Below, in pieces: positions 9,791 through 20,369 of a stretch of 64,000 bases of DNA (positions are counted from its first letter, which is position 1; the number at the start of each line of letters is the position of its first letter). The position numbers were made by a program, and so were the translations under genes. The stretch is from Candidatus Sumerlaeaceae bacterium (GTDB lineage Bacteria > Sumerlaeota > Sumerlaeia > Sumerlaeales > Sumerlaeaceae), in the NCBI GenBank assembly GCA_051003195.1, contig JBPCLP010000047.1, forward strand, positions 149,745 to 213,744. The letters run 5' to 3'. The notes under the pieces were generated by a model. It was given only the letters and a program-made list of their open reading frames with translations. It was not told the DNA's origin and made no database searches.

Positions 9791-12700
9791 GTGCCCAGCA
9801 TTATTCGGCCACGTGTGCTCTCTTCAGGCTTTATGGTTTATACCAGACTAGATCGTATCGTAGGTGTAATCGCGTTTGGGTTCCTTTTGCTTATCGGTAA
9901 AAGTGCCTCGGCGGCCACGACCGATCAAACACTTCTCCCCCCGCTTCCCGTTGCCATTACCCAGGGTATTTTCCCCCCGGGGGACATCAAGGTGACCTCG
10001 GACGGCGGAACGTCAGGGCAGTTGCTTTTGCAGTTCGAGCACCTGGATCCGCGTCGGTGCTCCGTTCCATCTGGCAAAGCCGAGACCCTGGCTTATATGA
10101 TCGCCGGTGTACCGGGTAAGTTGCCAGCTATCGAGGTCGTGGCCGCAAGGTATACGCGCTATTTGCGGGGCCGTGCTGTCGAGACCGTGCATACTCTGCC
10201 GCCGCAAAGCGGTGTGGGAGTCGCGGCAAACAACGCTGCCGTTCGCATATCAGAGTTGGGGCAACTGCGGCACTTGCAGGTTTTTACGCTCACATTAGTA
10301 ACGAGCATAATAGCGACCGACCCCGGTTGGCAGGACTCCTGCTGGGTCCTTCGTGAACTGCGGGTTCGAATCGATCTCGGCTCACCGATTGCCGGAGCCG
10401 CGATCCAGGTTTCCCCTCAGTGCGCAGCCTCGGAAGCCGCATTCATGCGGTACCAGGTACTCAATGCTGACATAACCCCGGATTACTGGATCCAACCCGC
10501 AGGCTTCGACTTTACAAAAGAATTGGCCTGGAGCCGCCTTGCCGCGGAGGCTTCAGAGCGCAATGCCATCTTTCGTTTCAGCATCTATGCGCCTGGTTTT
10601 TACCGCATAACTCCGGAGGACCTGCGCAACGCTGTGCCTTCGTCGCAAACCACGGCCACAATCGAAATTCCACAGATCGCACAATGGCGACTCTATTTCA
10701 AAGGCCAGGAAATTCCTGCGTATGCTCCACCCGATGGGGGAGCACTCATACTCCCCGTGGCTCCCGACGAGTTTCAGACACCCAATGAGGCCGTCTATTG
10801 GTTAAGAACTAGCGGGGACAATGAAAGCACGGCGCCGCTTCGACTTGAGATTTCAGCGCCGCCCGAGGTTATACAAAGCGCCAGGCAAAGCACAATCACA
10901 CTGGAAACAGTGGCCGAAAAACTGGAAGACTATCATGCGAGGCTCCGGCCAACCTCAACTTCCACACGCTTTTACTGGAAGTCGATTCTGCCTCGTGTCA
11001 CTGGACTTTTTGAAACACCACTGCCGATGGAGTACGATCCTTCGGGTCCTACGTCAGTGGATGTGTTATACGGTATATCCAACTACGCCACTGCTTACCC
11101 TGCCGTACGTCTTTTTGCCAACGCACAGGAGTGCGGCGTTACAACCCTGACCTCACAGCAGGGCGTGCTGCAATTTTCAATTCCACGTGGAGTCCTGCGA
11201 CCAGGCGCGAATACATGCGGTTTGCGCCTGGAGTTTCCAGCCGACGCGAGCGGCGGACACGACATCCTGATCCAGTCATTTGAATTCCGGTGGGGCCAAC
11301 CTCTTAGCTCCACGTTACCCACCGGGTTTTTCCAGTGGGAAGCCTCGTCTCCGTCCCAGACATTAATGCTCCCGTTGAAGGGTCCGGCCTCGGCTGCACC
11401 ACTGCTGGCTGGATTCAACAATCGAACCGTCTCGCTTCTCCGCGGGGGCCTGAGCCGGTTCAAAAGCGTGCTCGCATACCCAGCCGCAACCGGCGCTTCG
11501 TCGTACTGTTTTCTGCACGAGCGATCCACCACGGGGGTTTCCCATCTGCGGCGCATCACGGACTTTCATGAAGTGAGTCCGACCGACGCAGATTACATAG
11601 CCGTTGCTGCACCGGAATTGTTGGATAATCTCCACCCGCTTCTAAATGTGCATTCAGGCAACGGGCATCGCGTCTTAGCGCGCGACGTGACTTCTATTTT
11701 CGACCAATTCAATTACGGGCACCGGGATGGCGAAGCGATCCGCCGCTTTGTACGCTTCCTATTCCAGAACGCGAACGTACATAAGCCTCAGTTCCTTTTG
11801 CTTGTGGGCGAGTGTAGCGATTATAGGGGCAACCCTGATTTGTTGCCCTTGGGTGGACAACCCGACATGGTGCCGACAATCGGCTCCTACGTCGGCGAAG
11901 GCATGCACGGAGACCAGGGTTTTGCACAGATCGCCGGCGATGACATGCTGTCGGATCTCGCAGTCGGTCGATTGTCTGTCGCGACAACCCAAGAACTGGA
12001 AGCCATGCTTCACAAATTTGAGGCGTATCGTACCGGCAAACTTGGCGACTGGATTTACCGTGCTCAGTTCCTGATGGACGATAACGATGAATTTCAACGC
12101 GTAGTGCAGCAGGTTATCGCGCGCTCCATGGCGCCGCCCTCCGAAATCGGAGTATTGCGCCAGGCCGATTTCACGTACGTTCCCAACCTGCGCGTCCCCA
12201 ATCGCCGGAGATCGCACGAAGCCACCGCTGCCATGCTGCAAGAGTTCAACTACGGTGCCGCCGTCCAGAATTTCTTTGGGCACGGGGGACCGAATCTTTG
12301 GTCGCACGAGCGGCTGTTCCATTTGATGGATCTGCCCTTGCTGCACAACGAGAACAGGTTACCTCTAATCACGTGCCTCAGCTGCGATAATGCGTGGATG
12401 GATTACCCTGTGAAGCCGGTAAGCTCCTCTATGGGCGAACTACTCGTGCGCAAGGGCAACGGCGGCGCCATAGGGCTGTTTGGGCCCGTGGCCGGAGCCA
12501 GCCCTTACGAGCACCAGACGCTGGTTTCCCGCTTAATGGAGGGTGTTTATCGCACAGGCGAGCGGCGTCTTGGGTCGCTTACGATGTACGCCAAGAACAT
12601 GTACTATAATGAAACCCGGTCAGGGTCCTTGCCGGAGCAGTACGTCCTTCTCGGCGACCCCGCGCTTGAACTTCGGGTGCCGAAAACCAGTCCAGACCTC

Positions 12701-14878
12701 CAGGTTTCGCCCGACTCATTGCTTTCTGGAACCACCGCTACAATCAAGATCAAGACGGCCAAAGCCATTCAGGAGGCGTTAGTGATGGCGCGCACCATGT
12801 CCGCAACTGACTACGAGAGCTCAGCACCTGTCAGCAGCGCAGGCCGGGCAGCGATGGAAGTGAATGTCGACCAACCGGGATCTATGTCGGTACAATGGAA
12901 TTCGCAAGCACAGCCATTTGAATCGTTGTCGGGTAGAGTGGAAGCAGAGCCCGCTCCGGCTCCGGCAAGCAGCGCCGAGGTTAGCAGCGGCACACAACCC
13001 GAGCTTTCGGACTTGTTAATTATACCCGTTGAGCCGCTTACTCCAACAGGTGATCCGAACCAGACAGAGGTCCCGGTCTTGCGTTTTCTTGCACGTAATA
13101 CCGGTTTGGACGTCAGTTCCACACTGACTGCATTTCTGCGAATGGCGACGGAGCCGCTTACAGACATGATCAACATTCAGGCATTAGCTCCAGACGCCAC
13201 TCAGCTGATAAGCTTTGTGCTGAAGCGCCAGCTCCAAAGTGGAACTAACGAACTCGAATTACTACTCGTACCGAATGAGGGCGCGCAAGGAACCACCGAC
13301 TCGCGCCAGTTGAAGTTAAACGTGGGCGGTGCCGCTGAGTTGGAATTTCTGCCAGGCTCCGCGCGCGCGCGTTCCACCACCGATTTTGTGCAGCGCTCCA
13401 CGGTGTTTCTCGACGCAGTCCTGAGAAATTCTGGCTCTACTTCGGCGAAAAGCATTACACTGCACGCGTTGCTGGATCATCCGGAGACCGGCGCGGAACT
13501 ACAGACAATCAACGACACCAATATGGGCTCAATCGACGAACTGCCTCCGGGTGAGCAGCGCACCGTCACCTTCCGCTGGGAAAATGCATTGGATGTCGGC
13601 GAAAAGCACATTTTCCTCGTCGCCAACCGCACTCATTCCATTGTGGAATCGCGCTCTGACAACAACACCATCGCGGTCCCTGCTTTTACTCTGAAGCCCC
13701 TTGGAAACTTTCTCGTTAAAACGCTTGAGACAAGCCCTGCAATCGCGTCGCCGGGAGAACCAGTCCGTATTGGCGTCACCGTCACCAACGATTCGGGAAC
13801 CTCTCGAGGTCCGGTCGATTTGGAGATTGGTCTTCGAAACATTCAGACCAACGAGACTACATTCACTCGCATAACCCTTGCCCAGTTGGGGGCCGAAACC
13901 ACCGTTTCCCATGCCATGCAGATGGACGCCAATTATAACGCGGCATACGCGACCATTAACCCGGCGCGGGAATTGGAGGAAGTTATTCCGGAGGACAATA
14001 CACGTGTGAGCGAGACAATGCTGGCGTTGCCTCTTTCGACTCTAATGCCACCCGGCGAGAAACAAACCTATTTCCGAAACGTGTTCACAGTTTGCCGCAC
14101 CTGGAACATGGACCCCGTGAGCACTGATGTTCTTGAAGTCTCCGAAGCATTCACTTCAAGTACCGGGATGTTACCGATTGATCCGAAGTGGTATCTACGC
14201 GGCCAGATTAGAACACCTGAAACGTCCGACAGTCAGACTAACGACAACGCCTGGTCGTTTGATTTCTTTAAGCTGGAAGCCGCACTTAGGGAAGAAGCAG
14301 GTGTCGTGACCTTCAAATTCCCCGTCAGCGAGGCAGCCGCTTCGTGGCCATTTGCAATTTACGCAAATCTCGCGGCGGCTGCAAGTTTCCAGGGTGGCCC
14401 CATCGGAGCTTTCGATGCAAAGTTTTCGGATGGCGCAGACTGGCACCATTTTGATTTCACGCAAAGGACCAGCCAGCCGATCATGCACCGTGCTTTGCTC
14501 ACAACGACAACTTTGCACGACGGGATGGCGCAAATATCGATCCAACATACAAGCGGGACTGCTGTCATCCTGACCGAGTTGGAAGCCGTGCCGCAGGTCG
14601 GGGGTATCGAATCTCCCGTGATTCGTCTGGATCGTAAAGCGGCAGCTGGATACGCAGTGAACGCCGCAGTAACGGGAGCCACGCCGGAAAAGGTATGGCT
14701 GCAGGCAAGGACCGGAATCCACGCCAATGGCGAGCTGACATGGAGCAACTGGAAAGGCATAAATGGCCTGACGCTGAAAATTAGTTCCACTGATGACGTG
14801 ATGCAATGGCGCGTTTTTGTCCAGCCACAGGCGGGAATGCGCCCGCGTATAAACGATGTTATATTGGCCGAACAGTGA
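9791..14878 (+). CDS. Giant secreted protein with a peptidase C25 (gingipain-like) domain and long repetitive C-terminal regions.
   Basis: 1695 aa. GTG start in the ORF track; a later ATG at 9833 gives a classic signal peptide (MVYTRLDRIVGVIAFGFLLLIGKSASAA). The C25-like catalytic dyad contexts are FFGHGGPNLWSHERLF (His) and LITCLSCDNAWMDYP (Cys). The rest is Thr/Ser/Asn-rich repeats. Confidence 0.7.
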   Translation: MPSIIRPRVLSSGFMVYTRLDRIVGVIAFGFLLLIGKSASAATTDQTLLPPLPVAITQGIFPPGDIKVTSDGGTSGQLLLQFEHLDPRRCSVPSGKAETLAYMIAGVPGKLPAIEVVAARYTRYLRGRAVETVHTLPPQSGVGVAANNAAVRISELGQLRHLQVFTLTLVTSIIATDPGWQDSCWVLRELRVRIDLGSPIAGAAIQVSPQCAASEAAFMRYQVLNADITPDYWIQPAGFDFTKELAWSRLAAEASERNAIFRFSIYAPGFYRITPEDLRNAVPSSQTTATIEIPQIAQWRLYFKGQEIPAYAPPDGGALILPVAPDEFQTPNEAVYWLRTSGDNESTAPLRLEISAPPEVIQSARQSTITLETVAEKLEDYHARLRPTSTSTRFYWKSILPRVTGLFETPLPMEYDPSGPTSVDVLYGISNYATAYPAVRLFANAQECGVTTLTSQQGVLQFSIPRGVLRPGANTCGLRLEFPADASGGHDILIQSFEFRWGQPLSSTLPTGFFQWEASSPSQTLMLPLKGPASAAPLLAGFNNRTVSLLRGGLSRFKSVLAYPAATGASSYCFLHERSTTGVSHLRRITDFHEVSPTDADYIAVAAPELLDNLHPLLNVHSGNGHRVLARDVTSIFDQFNYGHRDGEAIRRFVRFLFQNANVHKPQFLLLVGECSDYRGNPDLLPLGGQPDMVPTIGSYVGEGMHGDQGFAQIAGDDMLSDLAVGRLSVATTQELEAMLHKFEAYRTGKLGDWIYRAQFLMDDNDEFQRVVQQVIARSMAPPSEIGVLRQADFTYVPNLRVPNRRRSHEATAAMLQEFNYGAAVQNFFGHGGPNLWSHERLFHLMDLPLLHNENRLPLITCLSCDNAWMDYPVKPVSSSMGELLVRKGNGGAIGLFGPVAGASPYEHQTLVSRLMEGVYRTGERRLGSLTMYAKNMYYNETRSGSLPEQYVLLGDPALELRVPKTSPDLQVSPDSLLSGTTATIKIKTAKAIQEALVMARTMSATDYESSAPVSSAGRAAMEVNVDQPGSMSVQWNSQAQPFESLSGRVEAEPAPAPASSAEVSSGTQPELSDLLIIPVEPLTPTGDPNQTEVPVLRFLARNTGLDVSSTLTAFLRMATEPLTDMINIQALAPDATQLISFVLKRQLQSGTNELELLLVPNEGAQGTTDSRQLKLNVGGAAELEFLPGSARARSTTDFVQRSTVFLDAVLRNSGSTSAKSITLHALLDHPETGAELQTINDTNMGSIDELPPGEQRTVTFRWENALDVGEKHIFLVANRTHSIVESRSDNNTIAVPAFTLKPLGNFLVKTLETSPAIASPGEPVRIGVTVTNDSGTSRGPVDLEIGLRNIQTNETTFTRITLAQLGAETTVSHAMQMDANYNAAYATINPARELEEVIPEDNTRVSETMLALPLSTLMPPGEKQTYFRNVFTVCRTWNMDPVSTDVLEVSEAFTSSTGMLPIDPKWYLRGQIRTPETSDSQTNDNAWSFDFFKLEAALREEAGVVTFKFPVSEAAASWPFAIYANLAAAASFQGGPIGAFDAKFSDGADWHHFDFTQRTSQPIMHRALLTTTTLHDGMAQISIQHTSGTAVILTELEAVPQVGGIESPVIRLDRKAAAGYAVNAAVTGATPEKVWLQARTGIHANGELTWSNWKGINGLTLKISSTDDVMQWRVFVQPQAGMRPRINDVILAEQ

Positions 14879-15903
14879 ACCTTTCGCCCGTAAATCGTCG
14901 AGAGCTCAAGGCCGTTGGGATTATCTGGCTGTCGCTCTTCGTCATCGCCACAGGCGCTCTGTTCGTGCTTCAGCACAATGCGCACAAGATTATCTATCAC
15001 CTGCAGTACGTCTCAGTTAACCGTTTTCAAAAGGCGTTGGCGCTGTATACCGAAGCCGAAAAAAGAGCACATGAAGTGCTGCGAAAGCGTGAGACCACAA
15101 ACGTAAACTCCGCTTCTGCAGTAGCTGTTGCGGCCAGCGATCCCGATGTGCTCGCCGCACAGGAACTTTTCGAACAGGCATTTGCGACCGATCCACGGGA
15201 TCGATTTGCGGCAGAGCATGAACGCTATTATACGATGCTTGGCGACACGCTGGGTTGTGCCGGTTTACAGTCGCCCCAGTTGGTGGCTTACGCCCGGGCT
15301 GCCATCGCGCGGCGCGACTTCTCAACAGCGCAGGATTACCTCGACCGCGTCACCGCAAAAGACAACGCTGACCCCGATCTCGCTCTGGCAAACGCACAGC
15401 TTGCGTGGGTATCGGGACGAAAAGCCGACGTCGAAAACGAATTGCACAAAGTGCCGCCCGACAAATGGTCATCGGACGCCCACTTGCTCAAAGCAAAAGT
15501 TCTCATGGAGGCCGGCAAGCTGGCCGATGCTGCAACAGAACTGCAGAGCTCACTTAAAGGAGCGAAGTCCCAGGTCGACATCAGGAAATTTCTCGCGTCC
15601 GTATACAGTCGTTTGGATAAGCCCGCACAAGCCCTGTCGGCGCTCGAAGAAGGCAGAAGTCATGGTGGCGATTCAGACGGCAACTACATGCACATCTTTG
15701 GCGATTTGCTTCGACTTCAGGGGCGTACTCCAGACGCCATCAAGGCCCTGAAAGAAGCTGCACGGCTGGAGCCCAACAGCGGCGCGGTACAGCTCAGCCT
15801 CGCCCGTGCATACGAAGCTGCCGGTCAGGCGCGCAGTGCCTCACGGGCACTGCAGCGCGCAACGGTTCTCGAACCAAAGCTCCAGGCAGAGCTACTCAAA
15901 TAG
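14806..15903 (+). CDS. TPR-repeat membrane-anchored protein.
   Basis: 365 aa by the ORF track. The real start is probably the GTG at 14875, which overlaps the stop of the preceding giant gene as GTGA. One TM helix (GIIWLSLFVIATGALFVL) is followed by TPR-like repeats. Confidence 0.6.
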   Translation: MARFCPATGGNAPAYKRCYIGRTVNLSPVNRRELKAVGIIWLSLFVIATGALFVLQHNAHKIIYHLQYVSVNRFQKALALYTEAEKRAHEVLRKRETTNVNSASAVAVAASDPDVLAAQELFEQAFATDPRDRFAAEHERYYTMLGDTLGCAGLQSPQLVAYARAAIARRDFSTAQDYLDRVTAKDNADPDLALANAQLAWVSGRKADVENELHKVPPDKWSSDAHLLKAKVLMEAGKLADAATELQSSLKGAKSQVDIRKFLASVYSRLDKPAQALSALEEGRSHGGDSDGNYMHIFGDLLRLQGRTPDAIKALKEAARLEPNSGAVQLSLARAYEAAGQARSASRALQRATVLEPKLQAELLK

Positions 15904-15909
15904 TACCCT

Positions 15910-16542
15910 TCAAGGTGCCGTGTTAGCCAGGGCGCTGTTTCCTGCTGAAGCAAAGTTCTGAAGGATTTTGAGTCCGGTTGCCTGGCTCTTTTCCGGGTGA
16001 AACTGCGTGCCGCCGACATTCTCGTGCGCAACCGCTGATGTGAACTGGATGCCATACTCCGTCGCTGTGGCCGTCATGCCCCCATCCACCGGCACTACAT
16101 AATAGGAGTGGACGAAATAAACGAACGGTTCGGGTCCAAGATTCTGAAACCAGGGCGAGCTTGTCCGAACCTCCAGCCGGTTCCAGCCCATGTGCGGAAC
16201 CTTCAGCTGCATCGCAGGAAAATGACGCACCTCGCCGCGGAGTATCCCCAGGCCTTCTGTCCCGGGATCCTCTTCACTGCTTTCGAAAAGTATCTGCATT
16301 CCCAGGCAGATTCCAAACAGTGGGCGGCCCGAGGCTGCATAGTGCCGCAATGGTTCAACCAGGGACCTCTCCTGCAATCCGCGCATGGCATCGCCAAAAG
16401 CGCCGACACCCGGGAGCACGAGTTGTGACGCCGCATCGATACAACCCGGTGTCGAAACCAGTTCCGTTGCGTAGCCGAGTTTCTGCAGTGCTTTTTCAAC
16501 ACTGCGGAGGTTGCCCATCCCATAGTCTACGATCGAGATCAT
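15910..16542 (-). CDS. hisH: Imidazole glycerol phosphate synthase, glutamine amidotransferase subunit.
   Basis: 210 aa. Motifs GICLGMQ and VPHMGWN plus the class I GATase triad. Confidence 0.85.
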   Translation of the reverse strand: MISIVDYGMGNLRSVEKALQKLGYATELVSTPGCIDAASQLVLPGVGAFGDAMRGLQERSLVEPLRHYAASGRPLFGICLGMQILFESSEEDPGTEGLGILRGEVRHFPAMQLKVPHMGWNRLEVRTSSPWFQNLGPEPFVYFVHSYYVVPVDGGMTATATEYGIQFTSAVAHENVGGTQFHPEKSQATGLKILQNFASAGNSALANTAP

Positions 16543-16582
16543 GAGATAGCCGTAGAGCCGGACCGCTCTTTTATTTTAGCAG

Positions 16583-17479
16583 TCACTCCTGCTTTCCGCC
16601 GCGCTGCACACCAGTGTCGCCAAAGCGGCGTCGGTGCTCCTCGTCGATCGCACGTTGTTCCATGGATTTTTCGTCGCGTCCCATCAGCTTCTGCAGCGCA
16701 GTGCCAGGTTTTGGCTCGCGCATCAGTGTCTCGCCTACCAGGATGGCATCCACGCCGAACGAACTGAGCTGCTGCACATGCTCATACGTTTGAATGCCGC
16801 TTTCTGCAACGAACATGTAGCCCGGAAGTGGAGCCCCCAGCAGGCGCATGATTTTCTGCGTCTGCTTCAGGTCTACGGAAAATGTGCGAAGATCCCGGTT
16901 GTTAATACCGATAATGCGCGCGCCCAGTTCCGCCGCGCGATCTGCCTCGGCTTCCAGGTGCACTTCAGTCAGTGCATCCATCCCCAGTTCGTTCGCGAGT
17001 TCGCGGTAATCGACCAGCTGATACTTGTCGAGAATGGATGTAATTAGAAGTATCGCCGCCGCACCCGCGTCGCGAGCTTCGTACACCTGGTACTCGTCGA
17101 TCGTGAAATCTTTGCGCAGTAACGGCATGTGATCGTCTTCAAATTCCGCGCGGATCTGCCGAAGATAATCCAGCGATCCGGCAAAGAATTCCTCATCCGT
17201 AAGTACGCTGATTGCAGCTGCGCCGTGCTCCGCGTAATCAATCGCGATGCGGATCGGGTCAAAATCCTCCCGGATAACTCCTTTGCTCGGCGACTTCTTC
17301 TTCACCTCCGCAATCACGTTGACCGTCTCCTCGTCACCACGGTGAATTGCCGGAGCGAACAGCGGGGGACAGGGCATATCGAGCATGCGGCTCTTTAGAT
17401 CCGCGAGTGGAACCTTCCGCTTTGCGTTCTCCAGAAATTCGCGTTTGTACTCCACAATCTGTTGAAGAATGGTCGACAT
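16583..17479 (-). CDS. trpC: Indole-3-glycerol phosphate synthase.
   Basis: 298 aa. IAEVKKKSPSKG motif and TIM-barrel IGPS layout. Confidence 0.85.
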   Translation of the reverse strand: MSTILQQIVEYKREFLENAKRKVPLADLKSRMLDMPCPPLFAPAIHRGDEETVNVIAEVKKKSPSKGVIREDFDPIRIAIDYAEHGAAAISVLTDEEFFAGSLDYLRQIRAEFEDDHMPLLRKDFTIDEYQVYEARDAGAAAILLITSILDKYQLVDYRELANELGMDALTEVHLEAEADRAAELGARIIGINNRDLRTFSVDLKQTQKIMRLLGAPLPGYMFVAESGIQTYEHVQQLSSFGVDAILVGETLMREPKPGTALQKLMGRDEKSMEQRAIDEEHRRRFGDTGVQRGGKQE

Positions 17480-17485
17480 TACCTG

Positions 17486-18526
17486 CTACGGTTTACCGCT
17501 CTGTTCGGCCCGGGAGGTAAGCGTTACCAGCTGCTCCAGCTTGTGCATCGCCGCGTCCGATTCAATAGATTTGCGCGCAGCAGCAATTCCGTCCGAAAGG
17601 TTCGCTGCTTTTCCTGCCACCCATATTGCGGCCCCGGCGTTCAGCAATACAATATCGAGGTCCGCGCCTGGTTCGCCATCCAGCACGCGCTCCAGCATGC
17701 GTGCATTTTGCGATGCATCACCACCCCTGAGCTCCGTAGGGTCGGCGAGCGAAATGCCATATTCCTGTGGTTGGATGGTAAGTTCGTGCACGTTACTCCC
17801 GCGAATCTCATATGCAAAGGTCGGCCCTGTGGTCGTAATTTCATCCAGCCCATCGGAACCATGCACTACAAGCGCATGCTCAGTTCCCAGCAAGGAGAGG
17901 ACATCCGCCAGCAGGCGAGTCTTTCCGGGTACTGCAACTCCGAGAAGCTGGTGAGAGGCACCCGCAGGGTTCGCGAGCGGTCCCAGCAGATTGAAAATCG
18001 TCCGGAAGCCCAGTTCTTTTCGAATGGGTGCCACGTGTTTCATACTCAGATGATAACATTGCGCGAACAGGAAACAGATGCCGATCTCCTCAAGCGCCCG
18101 TTCCATCACAGAAGCGTCGCAGTCGACGCGAACTCCGAGTTCCGCCAGCACATCCGCGCTGCCGCACTTACTGGTCATGGATCGATTCCCATGTTTTGCA
18201 ACGCGAACACCTGCGCCCGCAGCAACGAACGCCGCAGCAGTGGAAATATTGAATGTGCCGCTGGAGTCACCGCCTGTGCCGCAGGTATCCAGGAGCGGAC
18301 CAGCCGGACGCCGGAACGGTAGCGCCCGCGCGCGCAGCACGCGTGCAAACGCGGCCAGCAGCTCCGGAGTTTCTTCACGTGCCGCAATCGCCGTCAAAAG
18401 CGCAGCCATTTGAACTGGGGTCGCTTCGCCGCTCATCATTTCCATGGCGGCGCCCTCCACCTCCTGCTCGTTTCCACCAACAGGCTCCGCCGCCAGTATC
18501 CGATTCGTCAGGCTCGTGATGTTCAT
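17486..18526 (-). CDS. trpD: Anthranilate phosphoribosyltransferase.
   Basis: 346 aa. Motifs DTCGTGGD and KHGNRS. Confidence 0.85.
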   Translation of the reverse strand: MNITSLTNRILAAEPVGGNEQEVEGAAMEMMSGEATPVQMAALLTAIAAREETPELLAAFARVLRARALPFRRPAGPLLDTCGTGGDSSGTFNISTAAAFVAAGAGVRVAKHGNRSMTSKCGSADVLAELGVRVDCDASVMERALEEIGICFLFAQCYHLSMKHVAPIRKELGFRTIFNLLGPLANPAGASHQLLGVAVPGKTRLLADVLSLLGTEHALVVHGSDGLDEITTTGPTFAYEIRGSNVHELTIQPQEYGISLADPTELRGGDASQNARMLERVLDGEPGADLDIVLLNAGAAIWVAGKAANLSDGIAAARKSIESDAAMHKLEQLVTLTSRAEQSGKP

Positions 18527-18570
18527 AGATGCAGATTTGTCACAACGAGGCGCACTACAAGGTTTTCCTT

Positions 18571-20313
18571 CTAATTTTCCTGGCCTCGTGCAATAGGCAT
18601 GCGACGGCCAAAGCCGAATGCCTTGCTCGTGACCTTCAGGCCGGGAGCGGCCTGCGCGCGCTTGTATTCCGCCAGTTCTATCATGCGAACCACGCGCCGG
18701 ACAATCGCTTCCGGCGCCGCGCCCGAGGTGACAATTTCATCCGCTGTCTGGCGCTCCTCTACAAAGAGCCGTACAATTGCATCGAGGACCGGATAGGCAG
18801 GCAGGCTGTCGGAATCTTTCTGGTTTGGCGCGAGCTCGGCCGTCGGTTCGCGGTCAATAATCGACTGCGGAATCGGCCCACCCATTCTGACGTTCATGTG
18901 CCGCGCCAGTTTATACACCATCATTTTCGGCACATCGGAAATAAGCGCGAGCCCACCTGCCATGTCACCGTAAAGCGTGCAGTACCCTGCCGCCATTTCG
19001 CTCTTGTTGCCCGTCGATAATACAAGTGTGCGTGGCGCAACGATCGCATTGGAAATCCACATGAGCACGGTACCGCGGATGCGCGACTGTAGATTCTCGT
19101 TCGCGATCGGGCATACCATCTTATCGTCGCCTTCGAAAATTCCCTGGATCACGGCGGAGCCCTCGGCGCCGAGCTCCTTCGTAAACGCCTCGAATGGAGC
19201 CTGGATTGGCACCTCGACGTGACGAATACCTAGTCCCTTCGCCAATGTTGCGCTGTCCGAGCGGGTGTCCGCGCTCGTATATGGGCCGGGCATGGACACG
19301 CTGATCACGTTCTCCGCGCCAAGCGCATCCACCGCCAGTGCCAGGACAACGGCCGAATCGATGCCGCCACTACTTCCCACCACCACCTGCGTGAAACCGG
19401 TTTTGCTCAAATAGTCGCGCAGCCCCAGTTGCAACGCGCGCGCAATTCCAGCCGCTTCGTCGGTCATATCCATGGCTGACTGTTCGAAATCGATATGTGT
19501 CGCGGAATTCGCCGTATCCCAGATGACCGTTTTCTCCTCGAACCATCCTGCAGCGCACGGTACACTGCCGTCCGGAAGCACGACGCAGCTCCCCCCGTCG
19601 AAAATCACCTGGTCGCAGCCGCCCACCTGGTTTACCAGGATAACAGGACGTCCCCATCGTTTCGCGGTATGCCGCAGCATTTCGACACGTCGCAGTGGCT
19701 TTCCGCTAACGAACGGAGAAGCGCTGATGTTTACGATCATATCGACTTCTAATCGAGACAGCGCCTGGATGGGGTCCGTATCATAGAGGCGCTCGTCCTT
19801 CCAGAACTCGTTATCATTCCAGATGTCTTCACATACCGATGCGCCAATTCGGGTGGTTTTGCGGTGCAACACGTACTCGGCAATCGGCGGAATTACGTCA
19901 GGTGGACACGGCCTGAAGTACCGATCCTCGTCGAAAACGTCGTACGTAGGCAGAAGCTTTTTAAATGTAAAGCGTACGTCGCCTTTCGACGTAATGAGCG
20001 CAGCCGAATTTAGCAGCGGTTTCTTGCCGCCAAAAACATTACGGTGAACCGTCCCCACCATGGTATCGATGCCATGGTGTGTACACGCGCCGCGAACCTG
20101 GTCCAGGGCTGCATCCGCTTCATGGATGAAGCCCTTGTATTCCAGCAGATCTTTGGGCGGATATCCAGGAATCGCAAGTTCCGGAAAAATCGCGAGCTGT
20201 GCGCCATTGGCCGCCGCTGCCGTAAGCTCTTCCACGATGCGGCGCGTGTTGTACGCAATGTTGCCCGTGATGGTGTTCAGTTGGCAGAGCGCAATTTTCA
20301 TAAGCTCGCACAA
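18571..20313 (-). CDS. nadE: Glutamine-dependent NAD+ synthetase (CN-hydrolase domain plus NAD synthase domain).
   Basis: 580 aa. N-terminal nitrilase-like domain and a C-terminal NAD synthase domain with the SGGIDS P-loop. Confidence 0.85.
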   Translation of the reverse strand: MCELMKIALCQLNTITGNIAYNTRRIVEELTAAAANGAQLAIFPELAIPGYPPKDLLEYKGFIHEADAALDQVRGACTHHGIDTMVGTVHRNVFGGKKPLLNSAALITSKGDVRFTFKKLLPTYDVFDEDRYFRPCPPDVIPPIAEYVLHRKTTRIGASVCEDIWNDNEFWKDERLYDTDPIQALSRLEVDMIVNISASPFVSGKPLRRVEMLRHTAKRWGRPVILVNQVGGCDQVIFDGGSCVVLPDGSVPCAAGWFEEKTVIWDTANSATHIDFEQSAMDMTDEAAGIARALQLGLRDYLSKTGFTQVVVGSSGGIDSAVVLALAVDALGAENVISVSMPGPYTSADTRSDSATLAKGLGIRHVEVPIQAPFEAFTKELGAEGSAVIQGIFEGDDKMVCPIANENLQSRIRGTVLMWISNAIVAPRTLVLSTGNKSEMAAGYCTLYGDMAGGLALISDVPKMMVYKLARHMNVRMGGPIPQSIIDREPTAELAPNQKDSDSLPAYPVLDAIVRLFVEERQTADEIVTSGAAPEAIVRRVVRMIELAEYKRAQAAPGLKVTSKAFGFGRRMPIARGQEN

Positions 20314-20369
20314 AGATCAACGCGGCTGGTGCTGTTTATTCCACACACCTCATCCGCGATCCGCAATCC

